A stretch of DNA of 64,000 nucleotides from Candidatus Kaiserbacteria bacterium (GCA_963813065.1 CAWEXP010000010.1:7276-71275); one strand, 5' to 3'. Numbered from the stretch's first letter, positions 38,225-48,634 are shown. Numbers and translations are program-made. The notes: generated by a model not told the origin, from the letters alone.

Positions 38225-41200
38225 ATGCAAAATATGACAACGAAAGCGATGGCGAAGGTTGCGGCAGTCGCAACTGGACTCGCGATTGCCGCGTCCGTGC
38301 TCTCGCTCGCGCCGATGGCGCAGGCGGCGGCTCTGACCAGCTCGCAGGTCTCCGCTATCGTCTCGCTCTTGCAGTCCTTCGGGGCTGACAGCGCGACGAT
38401 CGCAAATGTGCAGGCTTCCCTCACGGGAACCCCCTCGAGCACCACAACGGGCTCGATGACCACGACGACCGGTACCGGCTACACCTTCACGCGCGACCTC
38501 ACGGTCGGCTCGACGGGTGCAGACGTGACGGCCCTCCAGAACGCCCTTATCTCTAAGGGTTATCTCAAGGCATCGGCGACGGGCTACTTCGGTAGCTTGA
38601 CGCAGGCGGCAGTCAGCGCGTGGCAGACAGCGGCCGGAGTAACTCCGACGGCTGGCTACTTCGGTGCTAAGTCGCGCGCGGCCTTCGGCGGCGGCTCGTC
38701 TTCTTCTACGACGACGACCACCACGACGACCACCACGACTCCGACAGCGGGCACGGGCACTGGCCTTAAGGTCATGCTCGCACCGACCTCACCGAACGGT
38801 TCGGTTCTCGTCCAGGGTCAGGGCATTGGGGACCTCGGAGACTTCGTCTTCGCGAACCCGACTTCTGCTCCGATCAATGTGACGAGCTTGAGCTTCATGC
38901 GCACGGGTGTCAGCAACGACTCGACCCTCGTCAACGTGTACCTCTACAACGCAGGTACGCGCTTGACTGACTCGGCGGGCGTTTCTAACTCCGCGTTCAC
39001 CTTCTCTGATCCGGTAGCACTCTTCACGGTGCCGGCAGGCCAGACCTACACGGTCTCGGTCCGCTCGGACATCGCGACTGGTTCTTCGGGCCAGCAGATC
39101 GGTGTTGAGCTCACGTCGGCTACCAGCAACGCGACGCTTGACTCTTCGGTCAGCTTCCCGGTTGTGTCTGGCTACCAGACGGTCTCGGCTGCGAATCTCG
39201 CCGGTGTTGATTACGGCTCGTCGGTATCCCCGGCGCAGACCACGATCAGCCCGCAGACGAGCTTCCCGATCTGGCAGGACACGGTCAGCGTGAACACCAA
39301 CCCGGTTAAGCTCTCTTCGATTCGCTTCACCAATCTCGGCTCGATCGATCCTTCCTACGTTACAAACCTGAAACTCTATGTTGACGGCGTGCAGGTAGGT
39401 TCGACGATCCCAGCGATGTCGGCCCAGACGGTCACTTTTGACCTCTCTGCCGCTCCGGTGACGCTCTCGACTTCGAGCCACACCATCAAGGTGCTCGCTG
39501 ACATCACAGGTGGTGCAAGCCGCACCATCCAGTTCTCGGTCCAGCGCTCTAGCGACGCTATGTTCGTCGACACTCAGTTGAATCAGCCGGTTACTCCGAC
39601 CAAGGGTGGTTCGTCCTTCTCTGCCGCTTCGGCACAGCAGGTGACGATCAACTCGGTCACGACTTCTTCGGGCGTCTCGGTCTCTCTTGACCCGTCTTCC
39701 CCGAACCAGTCGATCGCGGTCGGCGCAACGAGCGTCAACTGGGCAACCTTCGACATGCTCGCCTCGGGTGAGAATGTGAAGGTCTCTGACCTCTACGTCT
39801 ACGCAACTGACTATGTCCACACTTCCGGCGGTCTCGCCAACGGCAAGATCCTCGTGAACGGTGTCCAGGTTGGTTCGACGAAGGCTATCGGCGTGTCAGG
39901 CACTGCCACGGACTTCTCGCTCGGCTCCTCGCTCATCCTCCCCCCGGGTCAAACCACGGTGGTGAGCATTTATGCTGACGCGAAGACCGGCGTTGCCTAC
40001 ACGGGCAATCCGGCGAACACGAACCTCTCTGCGGCGGAGACTGTAACGGTCACGCTCGCGGCGGGTTCGGCGAACGCACAGGGCCAGTCCTCGCTCAACT
40101 CGACGAATGTTCCTGCCCAGGATACCTCGGGTAACACCGTCACCGTCGCGGCTTCTTCGCTCAACGCGACGAAGTACACGGGTTACGGCAACCAGACGGT
40201 AGTCGCGGGTAGCAACAGCGCCAAGCTTGGCGCGTTCACGCTCTCGACTGGTTCGACAGAAGGGGTGACGGTCAACACGATCGCCATTTCTCTCTGACCG
40301 CGAACGCAGCTTCGATCACGAACCTGACGCTCAAGGATGATGCTACGGGTAACATCCTCGGCACCGTCATCACGACGCCGTCGACGGGTAACTCATACTC
40401 GGTGAACTACGATATTCCGGTCTCTTCTTCGAGGACGATTGATATCTACGGCAACATCCTCTCGGGTTCTAACCCGGGTACGATTGTCGCTTCGGTTACC
40501 ACGAGCACGACAGGTATCGGTGATACCACTGGCATCGCGGCTTCTGTTCTGAACCCTACTCAGCTTCAGAACATTGGCGTTGGCTCGGGCACGCTTGCCA
40601 TCACTCGCGGCGCGGGTGATCCGGTGAGCAACAACGTCCTCGCCGGCGCAAGTCAGGTGATGGTCGGTGAGTTTAACTTCGCGGCCCAGAACTCGCAGTA
40701 CACGGTCCAGAATCTCGCGATTCTCGTTCCGAATGCTGCGGCGACTTCGGTCACGAACGTGACACTCTCCTACAAGGACGTGAACGGTGCAACGCAGACG
40801 GTGACTCAGCCGCTCACAGTGAACGCAGCAATGCCGTTCGCAACAGCGACCTTCACCGGTCTCACGATGTACGTTCCGATCAACGACTCGTCTAACCTCG
40901 ACGTCTTCGTCGGGACACCGACGGTCGCTTCGGGGCGCTACCTCGGGTGCCGCGATCAACGTGAAGATTGACGAGGGCAACAGTAATACCGCTCTCGACA
41001 ACACCTTCCGCGCGGTCAACAGCGCGGGCGGCTCGATCACGGTCCCGACGACGAGCGTGGTGCAGACACTTGCCAGCAACGGCACGTTCTACGTCCGCAA
41101 GTCGATCCCGACCTTCGCGATGGTCCCGACGAACAACAGCGTGCCCTCCACTGGTTCTCCGCTCTACAAGTTCAGCATCTCGGCTGACCCTGCGGGCGCG

Positions 41201-41656
41201 ATCGAGTGGACGCACTTGGTGTTCAACATTGGTACCAGCACCATCACGGGTGTGACGAACTTCTACCTGACGGACGATGCTTCGGGCAACAACTTGCTTG
41301 ACAGCACTTCCAACTCTGCGACGACGACAGGCACGACCGTTACAGTTGACCTGACGAAGAACGCTCAGCAGGCGAAGTACCAGCAGGTTGCGGCCGGCTC
41401 GACCAAGACCTATGACCTCTACGGTACGGTCTCTGGCTACGGTGCAACAGGCTCGACGCTCACGATCAGCCTTGCCGCGGACGGTGGCGTCGCCACTAAC
41501 GGCTCGGCAGACGGCACGTCTCCGGCAGTCTCGGGTACTCCGAACGTTATCTGGTCTGACCGCTCGGCTTCTGGCCACTCGGTCAGCACCTTCGACTGGA
41601 CGAACGGTTACCTCCTCAAGAACTTCACGAGCAACGCGCTCAGCTACTCCAAGTAG
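38225..41656 (+). CDS. Large S-layer-like surface protein with peptidoglycan-binding domain (two apparent frameshifts near 40295 and 40940)
   Basis: Signal peptide, FTRDLTVGSTGADVTALQ..L...GYFG.LT..AV..WQ; Ser/Thr-rich beta repeats continue through ORFs 40402-40971 and 40961-41656. Confidence 0.85.
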
Positions 41657-41784
41657 TTGAACGGGTTCTCCTAAGTCTTCCAGCTAGGAATTTGGCCTAG
41701 CAGCCCTCCTTCGCCGAAAGGCTACGGACGGGCAAGAAAAAACCACCCTCACGGGTGGTTTTTTCGTTCTTATCCACAAACCTC

Positions 41785-42563
41785 TGTTCAGATCTGATCT
41801 AAACAAAAAATCCGTTGCTATGGTTACCGAATGAGAATAGAACCCTTCTCGGTTGGTTCCGTTATTCATATTACGAAACGTGGTACGCGCGGAACTGATA
41901 TTGTTCGTGACCGTGGCGACCGGAACCGTTTCATCAAATCGCTCTTCTTATTGAATGATACCTACGTCAGCCCAAATTGGAATCGAGAAACTGCCGAACT
42001 GCCACTCTTCAATCGACCGGCTCATTGGCCAGAGCGCGAGCCGTTGGTGCACATTCTTGCATGGACACTCCTTTCAAATCATTTCCATATACTTGCGCAA
42101 GAAGTTCGCGAGGATGGAACTGCGAAATTCATCCAGCGTTTCAGTATCAGTTTATCGATGTGCTTCAATCTTAAATATGGCGAGCAGGGGAGTATCTTTC
42201 AAAGCGCGTATCATGCCCGAGCCGTGAAGGAAGATTCGCACATGAATTATCTCGTCTTCTATATTCTCGTGAAAAATGTTCTCGAGATGTATCCTGGGGG
42301 ACTTGTTGCGGCTTCCGAAGATTTCGATTGTGCGTGGGAATGGGCGTCGCACTATCCGTTTTCTAGTTTCAAAGACTGGATCTCGGGTGGACATTCTCCG
42401 ATTACTGATGATCCAGAAGCGATACTCCCTCCCGTCGGGGAAGAGGATAGTGTCAAACAAGAAATGAAAGAGCTTCTCGCACGGCACCAAGCCTCACAGG
42501 GAGAAGAATTCCAAGAAATCGCACTTGAGCCGTGGTAATCACTGTTTAGATCAGATTTAAACA
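41785..42563 (+). mobile_element. RAYT-like element: HUH Y1 transposase gene flanked by two related palindromes
   Basis: TGTTCAGATCTGATCTAAACA (41785-41805) and TGTTTAGATCAGATTTAAACA (42543-42563) flank the CDS. Confidence 0.7.
41831..42538 (+). CDS. REP-associated tyrosine transposase-like protein (Y1_Tnp)
   Basis: HITKRG, LAWTLLSNHFHIL (HUH), FNLKY...GSIFQ..Y, YI..N, YPFSS. Confidence 0.82.
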   Translation: MRIEPFSVGSVIHITKRGTRGTDIVRDRGDRNRFIKSLFLLNDTYVSPNWNRETAELPLFNRPAHWPEREPLVHILAWTLLSNHFHILAQEVREDGTAKFIQRFSISLSMCFNLKYGEQGSIFQSAYHARAVKEDSHMNYLVFYILVKNVLEMYPGGLVAASEDFDCAWEWASHYPFSSFKDWISGGHSPITDDPEAILPPVGEEDSVKQEMKELLARHQASQGEEFQEIALEPW

Positions 42564-42605
42564 AAACATTTCGGAAGGATTTTGTTGTATGGTATTCTTG
42601 GTTCT

Positions 42606-43403
42606 ATGAATCTCTCGAATACTCAAAAAGTCTTTCTCTGGGCGGGGTTGATTATCATTATTATTGTCCTCGGCGCTCTCTGGCATTACGTGGGGAAGTC
42701 GACGCCAGCCACCACCATGCCAGCAGAGTCGACCACCACACCAGTCGCGGTCGCTACCACCACACCGGGCGCGCCCGCGATGGCGAAGCAGTTCCCGATT
42801 AATCCCGCCGATTCGATTGCCTCGTGGACGTTCACCGGTTCGTACTCAGGCAATGCCACGCTTGTCGCGCAAGCCAATGCCGACATTGCGCACCTCCAGG
42901 GCCTCGTGGGGAAGGGCCACTATAATGACTACGACCTCTACGACGGCATCGCCAACGACGAGACCAACCTCGGCCAGGGCCAATCTGCCTATCGCGACTA
43001 CAATCGCGCCATCGATCTCTATCCAGGCACCGGCCTCGCCTACATGAACCTCGGACACCTGATGGACATGCTGGGTGCCGAGCAAACAGCAGCCGACGCG
43101 TATGCCAAGTCCGTCGCCGTCGAGCCGGGAACACTCGCGTATCATCTCGCGCGTCTTACGTTCCTCACCACGCGCCTCCCGAGCGATTCTGCGCGCATCA
43201 TGTCTGCGTTCTCCGACGCGAGCAAGCAGTTCGGCGACTCGGCGCCAGTCTTGAGCATCGAGGCCGAATGGCTCACGGGGCAGGGCAGATACGCGGACGC
43301 CATTACTGCATGGAAAAAAGTAGAACAACTCTCGCCCGCGAGCAGTCAAGCTTCTATCGAGTCGGCCATCGCGGCGCTCCAAGCAAAATTGAACACCCAC
43401 TAA
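42606..43403 (+). CDS. Membrane-anchored TPR protein
   Basis: TM helix, Pro/Thr linker, TPR-like AYMNLG..., YADAITAWKK...LSP. Confidence 0.8.
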   Translation: MNLSNTQKVFLWAGLIIIIIVLGALWHYVGKSTPATTMPAESTTTPVAVATTTPGAPAMAKQFPINPADSIASWTFTGSYSGNATLVAQANADIAHLQGLVGKGHYNDYDLYDGIANDETNLGQGQSAYRDYNRAIDLYPGTGLAYMNLGHLMDMLGAEQTAADAYAKSVAVEPGTLAYHLARLTFLTTRLPSDSARIMSAFSDASKQFGDSAPVLSIEAEWLTGQGRYADAITAWKKVEQLSPASSQASIESAIAALQAKLNTH

Positions 43404-43406
43404 CTA

Positions 43407-45572
43407 ATGAAGTATCTCGAACGCGCATACTCCTGGCTCCTCATAGCACCGGTCATCTTGCCGGTCGTGATTTGGGGCGAGGTCGTCTATCCCTACTTGG
43501 TGCCGAAGACGCTCCTCTTCTACGCGTTCATGCTCATCGCGGTGGGCGTGTTCGCCATCCTGCTCGCGCACGGGCGCTCGTTTTATTGGGCGCGATTGAA
43601 AAGGACGGAGACCTGGATACCTGGCGCGCTCCTCGCACTCGCGTACGGCGCGAGTGCCGCCGGACTCGGGTTCTACCACAGCCTCTGGAGCGTCTTCGTG
43701 CGCGGCGACGGTCTCTTGATGCTCACCGGCGTGGTTGTGAGCTTCTATCTCATCCTGCTCGAAACCGACAAGCAGTTTTTTGATAAATTAATGCGCGCGG
43801 TGGCGGTCGTCGGGACTTTTGTCGCGGTCTATGGCATTGGAGAGTTTTTATTTTTTGGAGCGTCTGATCGTGTCGGTGGATTGCTCGGGAATGCCGCGTT
43901 CTTCGCCGGCTATCTCGCCATCGCTTTCTTCGCGACGCTGATTTCTGCTCAGGATCTCTCGCTCGGCTGGCGCCGCGCCGCGTACGTTGGCGCGGCGCTG
44001 GAGCTCATCGCCGTCATCATTTCCGCCACGCGCGGTAGTATCCTCGCGCTCGGTCTCGCGGGCGTCATGGTGCTGTTCTACATTGCCTTTTGCCGGACAG
44101 AATCGGCAGAGGCATCAAAGGTCGCGCTCCGGGCCGCTAGGCCAAGTCTTACTACCTTTGCTACCTCCGCCTCTTCTGTCCGTACGTTCGCACGCGCCGC
44201 ACTGCTCGTGTTGATTGTCGCGGGTGGATTATTTTTTGTGTTTCGCACCGAGCTCGCACACGCGCCCTTCGAGCCCCTCGCGCGCATCGCGTCGATAGGG
44301 CTCAGCGACAACGACACGGCGAGCCGTCTCTTTATTTGGAAAAATATGCTTGGGCAGATTGCGCAGTCGCCCTGGCTCGGCGTCGGCGCGGAGCATATCG
44401 ATGCCGTCTTCAACCGTTTCTACGATCCTACGCAAATTGTCGAACAGTGGTTTGATCGTTCGCACAACGCCTTCCTCGACTATGCCGTGCAGTATGGCAT
44501 CGGCGGACTCCTCCTCTATCTCGGCTTCATTTTCTCCTTCTTCACCGCCGCATTCCGACTCTATCGTCGCGATGAAAAAGTAATCGCCGGTCTCGCCGCA
44601 CTCCTCGCGCTAACCTATTCTGCACAGAACTTCTTTGTCTTCGATACCATTTCCTCCTTCTGGCTTTTTGCCGCACTCCTCGCGGTCGTGCTTGCGCGTT
44701 CATATCCTGGTGCGTCACGCGAGTCGTTCCCCTTGCCGGGCTACACGCGGCCGCTCTCGTGGCTCGCAGGGCTCGTACTCGCGGCTCTTATTATTCCCGT
44801 TTCTATTCTCCCGATGATGGCGGCCTACGATCTCGCACAGGCCTATCATTATCAGCTCACCGATCCCGCGCGCGAGATTAGCTTCCTCTCGCACGGTGTG
44901 GCACTCGGGACCTACGGCGATATCGAATACGGCTACGAGGTCTACGAAATGTATACGAGCCACCAACTCAATTATCTTTCGGGCACGACGCTCGTCGATG
45001 TCTATAAAGCCTCGCTCGCAATTCTGACGAACGATTTCAATGCGTACCCCTACGATGCGCGCACCGCGCTCTATCTCGCGCATGTACTCTCGCTCGCGCC
45101 GCCGGGCGTCGCCATCGACGATAATCTGCTCTCGTCGGCGCTCGAGCGGACCATCCGCCTCTCGCCGAAACGTTCTCAGCCCTGGTATATCCTCGTGAAC
45201 CTCTCGCTCAATCAGGCGAATGCCAATCCTCCCGGCTCTGCCGAGCGCACTGCAGGCTATGCGGCGGCAAAAGATATTTTGACTCACTATATTGCGCTCG
45301 TGCCGACTCTCGCAGAGCCGCACTTTGTCCTCGCCGAACTCGAGCTCGCGGCAGGCGACGCGCCTTCTGCCACCACCGAGGCGGCGCTGGGGAAGCGGTA
45401 TTACACTTCTGACCTCGAGACCGCCCTCCGCGCCGTGACCTACTACGAGACCGTGCGTGATCTGCCTGACGCCGCATTCTTTTTGAATGACATCCTCCGC
45501 ATGGACCCTACCAACATCTCGGCCGCCGAAGACCTCGCAAAAATAAATGCCTATGAACAATCCGCGCAATAA
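43407..45572 (+). CDS. O-antigen ligase (Wzy_C) family protein with C-terminal helical repeats
   Basis: R.GGLLGN, SATRGS, SRLFIW, PWLGVG.E, FDRSHNAFLD...GIGG. Confidence 0.88.
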   Translation: MKYLERAYSWLLIAPVILPVVIWGEVVYPYLVPKTLLFYAFMLIAVGVFAILLAHGRSFYWARLKRTETWIPGALLALAYGASAAGLGFYHSLWSVFVRGDGLLMLTGVVVSFYLILLETDKQFFDKLMRAVAVVGTFVAVYGIGEFLFFGASDRVGGLLGNAAFFAGYLAIAFFATLISAQDLSLGWRRAAYVGAALELIAVIISATRGSILALGLAGVMVLFYIAFCRTESAEASKVALRAARPSLTTFATSASSVRTFARAALLVLIVAGGLFFVFRTELAHAPFEPLARIASIGLSDNDTASRLFIWKNMLGQIAQSPWLGVGAEHIDAVFNRFYDPTQIVEQWFDRSHNAFLDYAVQYGIGGLLLYLGFIFSFFTAAFRLYRRDEKVIAGLAALLALTYSAQNFFVFDTISSFWLFAALLAVVLARSYPGASRESFPLPGYTRPLSWLAGLVLAALIIPVSILPMMAAYDLAQAYHYQLTDPAREISFLSHGVALGTYGDIEYGYEVYEMYTSHQLNYLSGTTLVDVYKASLAILTNDFNAYPYDARTALYLAHVLSLAPPGVAIDDNLLSSALERTIRLSPKRSQPWYILVNLSLNQANANPPGSAERTAGYAAAKDILTHYIALVPTLAEPHFVLAELELAAGDAPSATTEAALGKRYYTSDLETALRAVTYYETVRDLPDAAFFLNDILRMDPTNISAAEDLAKINAYEQSAQ

Positions 45573-45585
45573 AAATAGACAGCGA

Positions 45586-45714
45586 ATGCTCCCGTTCGTC
45601 GTCGAGTTCGTCAAATTTTCGACCGGATTCGCCGCGGTCATCGCGCTCGCGTTGGTGACACTCCGTTTCGTCTCGGTCGCAGGGCAGGTTGCCACGGCAA
45701 TCAAGTTCTGGTAG
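45586..45714 (+). CDS. Possible 42-aa single-TM protein
   Basis: MLPFVVEFVKFSTGFAAVIALALVTLRFVSVAGQVATAIKFW; below the ORF-track size cutoff. Confidence 0.45.
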   Translation: MLPFVVEFVKFSTGFAAVIALALVTLRFVSVAGQVATAIKFW

Positions 45715-45730
45715 GGTAGCCCGGTACGAA

Positions 45731-45810
45731 CCAAAGACCGCTGGCATGCATAAGTCCGGCGTAGGGAGACCTCTCGATTAATACTCGAGGTAAACCAGGT
45801 CGAACTCTCC
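45731..45810 (+). promoter_or_regulatory. L10 leader-like autoregulatory RNA
   Basis: AAAGACCGCTGG...TAA..CCGGCGTAGG directly upstream of rplJ. Confidence 0.55.
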
Positions 45811-45837
45811 TTTAATGTTTCGTTCGTACGTACACCT

Positions 45838-46332
45838 ATGGCAATTACGAAAGCGAAGAAGCAGGACATCATCGCGAAACTCACTGAAGCGCTTATTGGC
45901 GCAACGGCGGCAGTCTTCGTACGCTTCAATAAACTTACCGTTGCCGATGTCTCGGCGATGCGCAAGAACTTGAAGAAGGATGGTGTCGAATATTATGTCG
46001 CGAAGAAAACACTCTTGAAGCGCGCGCTCACGGCGCGAGGCTTCGCGGGTGACATTCCCGAGCTCGAGGGTGAGATTGCGATTGCCTGGTCTACAGGCGA
46101 CGACGCGACGCTCCCCGCGCGCGAAGTGCACGGATACGCCAAGAAGCTCAAGGGCGCCGTTGCGCTCGTGGGCGGCGTGTTCGAGAAAGCGTTTGTCGAC
46201 GCCGCGGGTATCCTCGCCATCGCGACGATCCCACCGGTGCCGGTCTTGCGCGGTATGTTCGTCAACGTGATCAATTCGCCCATCCAGGGCCTCGTGGTCG
46301 CTCTAAATCAAATCAGCCTGAAGAAGAGCTGA
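45838..46332 (+). CDS. rplJ: 50S ribosomal protein L10
   Basis: MAITKAKKQ, LTVAD...MR, YYVAKKTLLKRAL; upstream of rplL. Confidence 0.95.
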   Translation: MAITKAKKQDIIAKLTEALIGATAAVFVRFNKLTVADVSAMRKNLKKDGVEYYVAKKTLLKRALTARGFAGDIPELEGEIAIAWSTGDDATLPAREVHGYAKKLKGAVALVGGVFEKAFVDAAGILAIATIPPVPVLRGMFVNVINSPIQGLVVALNQISLKKS

Positions 46333-46423
46333 TTTGATCGGCCGAACATTTTGCCGGGCAAAATGTTTTAGGCGCTCGACAAGATTCGTGAACAGAAGTC
46401 TTAAACCTTAAATACAAATTACT

Positions 46424-46840
46424 ATGGCAGATGAAATGAATGCAGTTCCCGCCGCCGAAGCGGTCGTCGAGGTTCCTGCGAAGTTCAAGAAGCTCGTCGA
46501 GGAAATCGAGACCATGACGGTCCTCGAACTCTCCGAGCTCGTGAAGGTGCTCGAGAAGAAGTTCGGCGTCTCGGCCGCGGCAGTCGCGGTTGCGGGCCCG
46601 TCGGCCGCCGCTCCGGAGGAGGCAGGGAAGTCCACGGCTGACGTGGAGCTCACCGACGCGGGCGCACAGAAGATCGCCGTCATCAAGGTGGTCAAGGAGG
46701 CGCTCGCCCTCGGCCTTAAGGAGGCCAAGGACCTCGTCGACGGTGTTCCGTCGATGCTCAAGCAGGGGCTCAAGAAGGAGGATGCTGAAGAGCTCAAGAA
46801 GAAGCTCGAAGCCGCCGGTGCGAAGGTTACGCTCAAATAA
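46424..46840 (+). CDS. rplL: 50S ribosomal protein L7/L12
   Basis: [29 protein letters not shown]...[10 protein letters not shown]. Confidence 0.98.
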   Translation: MADEMNAVPAAEAVVEVPAKFKKLVEEIETMTVLELSELVKVLEKKFGVSAAAVAVAGPSAAAPEEAGKSTADVELTDAGAQKIAVIKVVKEALALGLKEAKDLVDGVPSMLKQGLKKEDAEELKKKLEAAGAKVTLK

Positions 46841-46851
46841 ATTAGAAAATA

Positions 46852-46909
46852 CAAGACCGCGCCAGCTCTGCTGGCGCGGTCTTGACATATTACTACGTTC
46901 GTGTATCTT
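46852..46909 (+). promoter_or_regulatory. rplL terminator hairpin overlapping the promoter of DGR target gene 2
   Basis: CAAGACCGCGCCAGC/GCTGGCGCGGTCTTG; TTGACA 46882-46887, 16 nt, TATCTT 46904-46909. Confidence 0.55.
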
Positions 46910-46969
46910 ATATGAGGATGTTTTGCGACATTCCGTCGCTTCAATAGAGGCCAAAGGAGGGCCAATACA

Positions 46970-47503
46970 ATGCGTACACTCTTTAGCGGCATAGCCGCTC
47001 TCGTGCTTGCCTTTACTCTCGGCGCGTGTGGTGACAGTTCTGGCCCGACCACGATTCAATCCGTCGGCCAGATTACCGTGGACGGCACACAAAACCGTTC
47101 ACAAGCCATTTTTCTAGGCCGTTATGATTGGGCCAACAGCAACATCAATGACGCGAATTTCCCTGCGCACCCGCAAGGCATTCGCGCCGAAGCAATGGTG
47201 CTCGTTGCATTCAATCGCTCGATTTCGTCCGAGAATGCAGATGCCGAAATACGAGCCCGCGGCTTCCGCGCAGCGAATCTTGATGAGTGTCTCGCATATG
47301 GAGCGGCAGTGGCAAGAGCCAGAGGGATTTACAACCTCGCTCCGCCGAGTAACCCGATCGTGTGTCTTGGGCAGTCGGCGCAGGTTGACGGCAATCGCTG
47401 CGTCCCTGGGTTCTGGAGCGGCTTTGGCTACTGGAGGCTCGACCTCGGCCGCTGGGCGAGTGACTGGCGCTCCGACTTTCGCTTCCTCGCCGCTCGCACT
47501 TAG
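46970..47503 (+). CDS. DGR target protein 2, predicted lipoprotein with C-terminal variable region
   Basis: RBS AAGGAGG, signal peptide with lipobox LGAC; last 41 codons match TR2. Confidence 0.9.
   Translation: MRTLFSGIAALVLAFTLGACGDSSGPTTIQSVGQITVDGTQNRSQAIFLGRYDWANSNINDANFPAHPQGIRAEAMVLVAFNRSISSENADAEIRARGFRAANLDECLAYGAAVARARGIYNLAPPSNPIVCLGQSAQVDGNRCVPGFWSGFGYWRLDLGRWASDWRSDFRFLAART
47375..47497 (+). repeat. DGR variable repeat VR2
   Basis: 123-nt ungapped match to TR2; 17 of 19 mismatches are at TR adenines. Confidence 0.95.
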
Positions 47504-47604
47504 TCCTCACGATCCTCTGTCCTTTTGCAAGGGACACTTAGGACTTAGACACTTTGAACTTCCGCGCGGCTTCCCAGCCGCGCGGTCTTTGTATAAAATA
47601 GATC

Positions 47605-47847
47605 CGACAGGTGAATAGTCACCGGCGGTTACGGCTTCCGGCTACCTGTCCGCAACCTCTGTTGCCAGAATTCGAGCGGCCACGGCTTCTCGGAGCGTGT
47701 GGCGGAGATTGTCCAAAATCGAAGGACTTGTTGGTGCGAGATGCTGGCGGATTAGAGCTTTTTGTAGCTCGAGATCCCAAACAAGATTCAATCCGGAGAT
47801 CAGCCGCAAGGCTTTCTATGGATGGTGGCATGGATGGCATCTCGTAC
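47605..47847 (+). ncRNA. Structured RNA leader upstream of TR2
   Basis: Shares motifs and covarying stems with 21823-22039. Confidence 0.7.
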
Positions 47848-47850
47848 TCA

Positions 47851-47973
47851 TCGGCGCAGGTTGACGGCAATCGCAACGTCCCTGAATTCTGGAACGACAA
47901 CGGCAACTGGAAGCTCGACCTCGACAACTGGGCGAATGACTGGAACTCCGACTATCGCTTCCTCGCCGTTCGC
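47851..47973 (+). repeat. DGR template repeat TR2 (no adjacent RT or avd)
   Basis: Eight AAY codons in the VR frame; A-specific divergence from VR2. Confidence 0.95.
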
Positions 47974-48067
47974 AACAATTATTGATTTACCGCGCGACCC
48001 CGGCGATTTTCGTCGGGGTCGCGGGTTTTTGCTTTTATCTGCCGAAGCGACTACACTACCTCGGTCT

Positions 48068-48634
48068 ATGGAATCACTGTCTCGCATTATGGGCTCCTCG
48101 GCGCGTTTGCGCCTCTTGCGCCTCTTCCTTTTTAATCAGGACCTATCGCTCACGCTCGCCGAGATTGCCGAACGAGCAAAAATTTCGCCCTCGGCCGCGC
48201 GTGGGGCAGTCGCCGAGCTTTTCGCCGCTGGGCTTCTCCGCAAGAAGGCGGGCACGCCCGTGAAGTATCAGGTCAATCCGCACTATCAGCATCGCGCGGC
48301 GCTCGAGACCTTTATCCGGCAGACCACCAACATTCGTCCTGTCGATGTCATCCGGATACTGAAAAAAGCGGGCGCTCTGCGACTCGTCGTCCTGTCGGGC
48401 CTCTTCACCGGCTCCGTCGAGCCGCAGATTGATCTCCTTGTGGTGGGGGATTCGCTCAGCGATCGTGTGCTCGCGAGCGCCGTACGCCTGCTCGAGGCCG
48501 AGCTGGGGCGCGAAATTCGCTATGCCGCTTTCTCCACCCCCGACTTCCGCTACCGGCTCGGGGTCTATGATCGCCTGATTCGTGACGTTTTGGACTATCC
48601 ACACCAGGTCCTCTTCGACAAAATCGGCCTCTAG
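48068..48634 (+). CDS. HTH plus nucleotidyltransferase-like protein
   Basis: GSSARLRLLRLFLFN winged HTH; LSGLF....IDLLVVGD, E.ELGREIRY. Confidence 0.75.
   Translation: MESLSRIMGSSARLRLLRLFLFNQDLSLTLAEIAERAKISPSAARGAVAELFAAGLLRKKAGTPVKYQVNPHYQHRAALETFIRQTTNIRPVDVIRILKKAGALRLVVLSGLFTGSVEPQIDLLVVGDSLSDRVLASAVRLLEAELGREIRYAAFSTPDFRYRLGVYDRLIRDVLDYPHQVLFDKIGL

Noticed and set aside
38700-38745. ACG/ACC trinucleotide run as a contingency repeat
   Set aside because: Mixed codons encode a poly-Thr linker, which is protein-level low complexity.
37900-41778. Replication origin suggested by two DnaA boxes
   Set aside because: The boxes are single, 3.9 kb apart, with no cluster and no dnaA or dnaN in the window.
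47611-47985. 124-aa ORF ending in an Asn-rich copy of target 2 (apparent paralogue)
   Set aside because: It is the leader RNA plus TR2; the Asn richness reflects AAC template codons.
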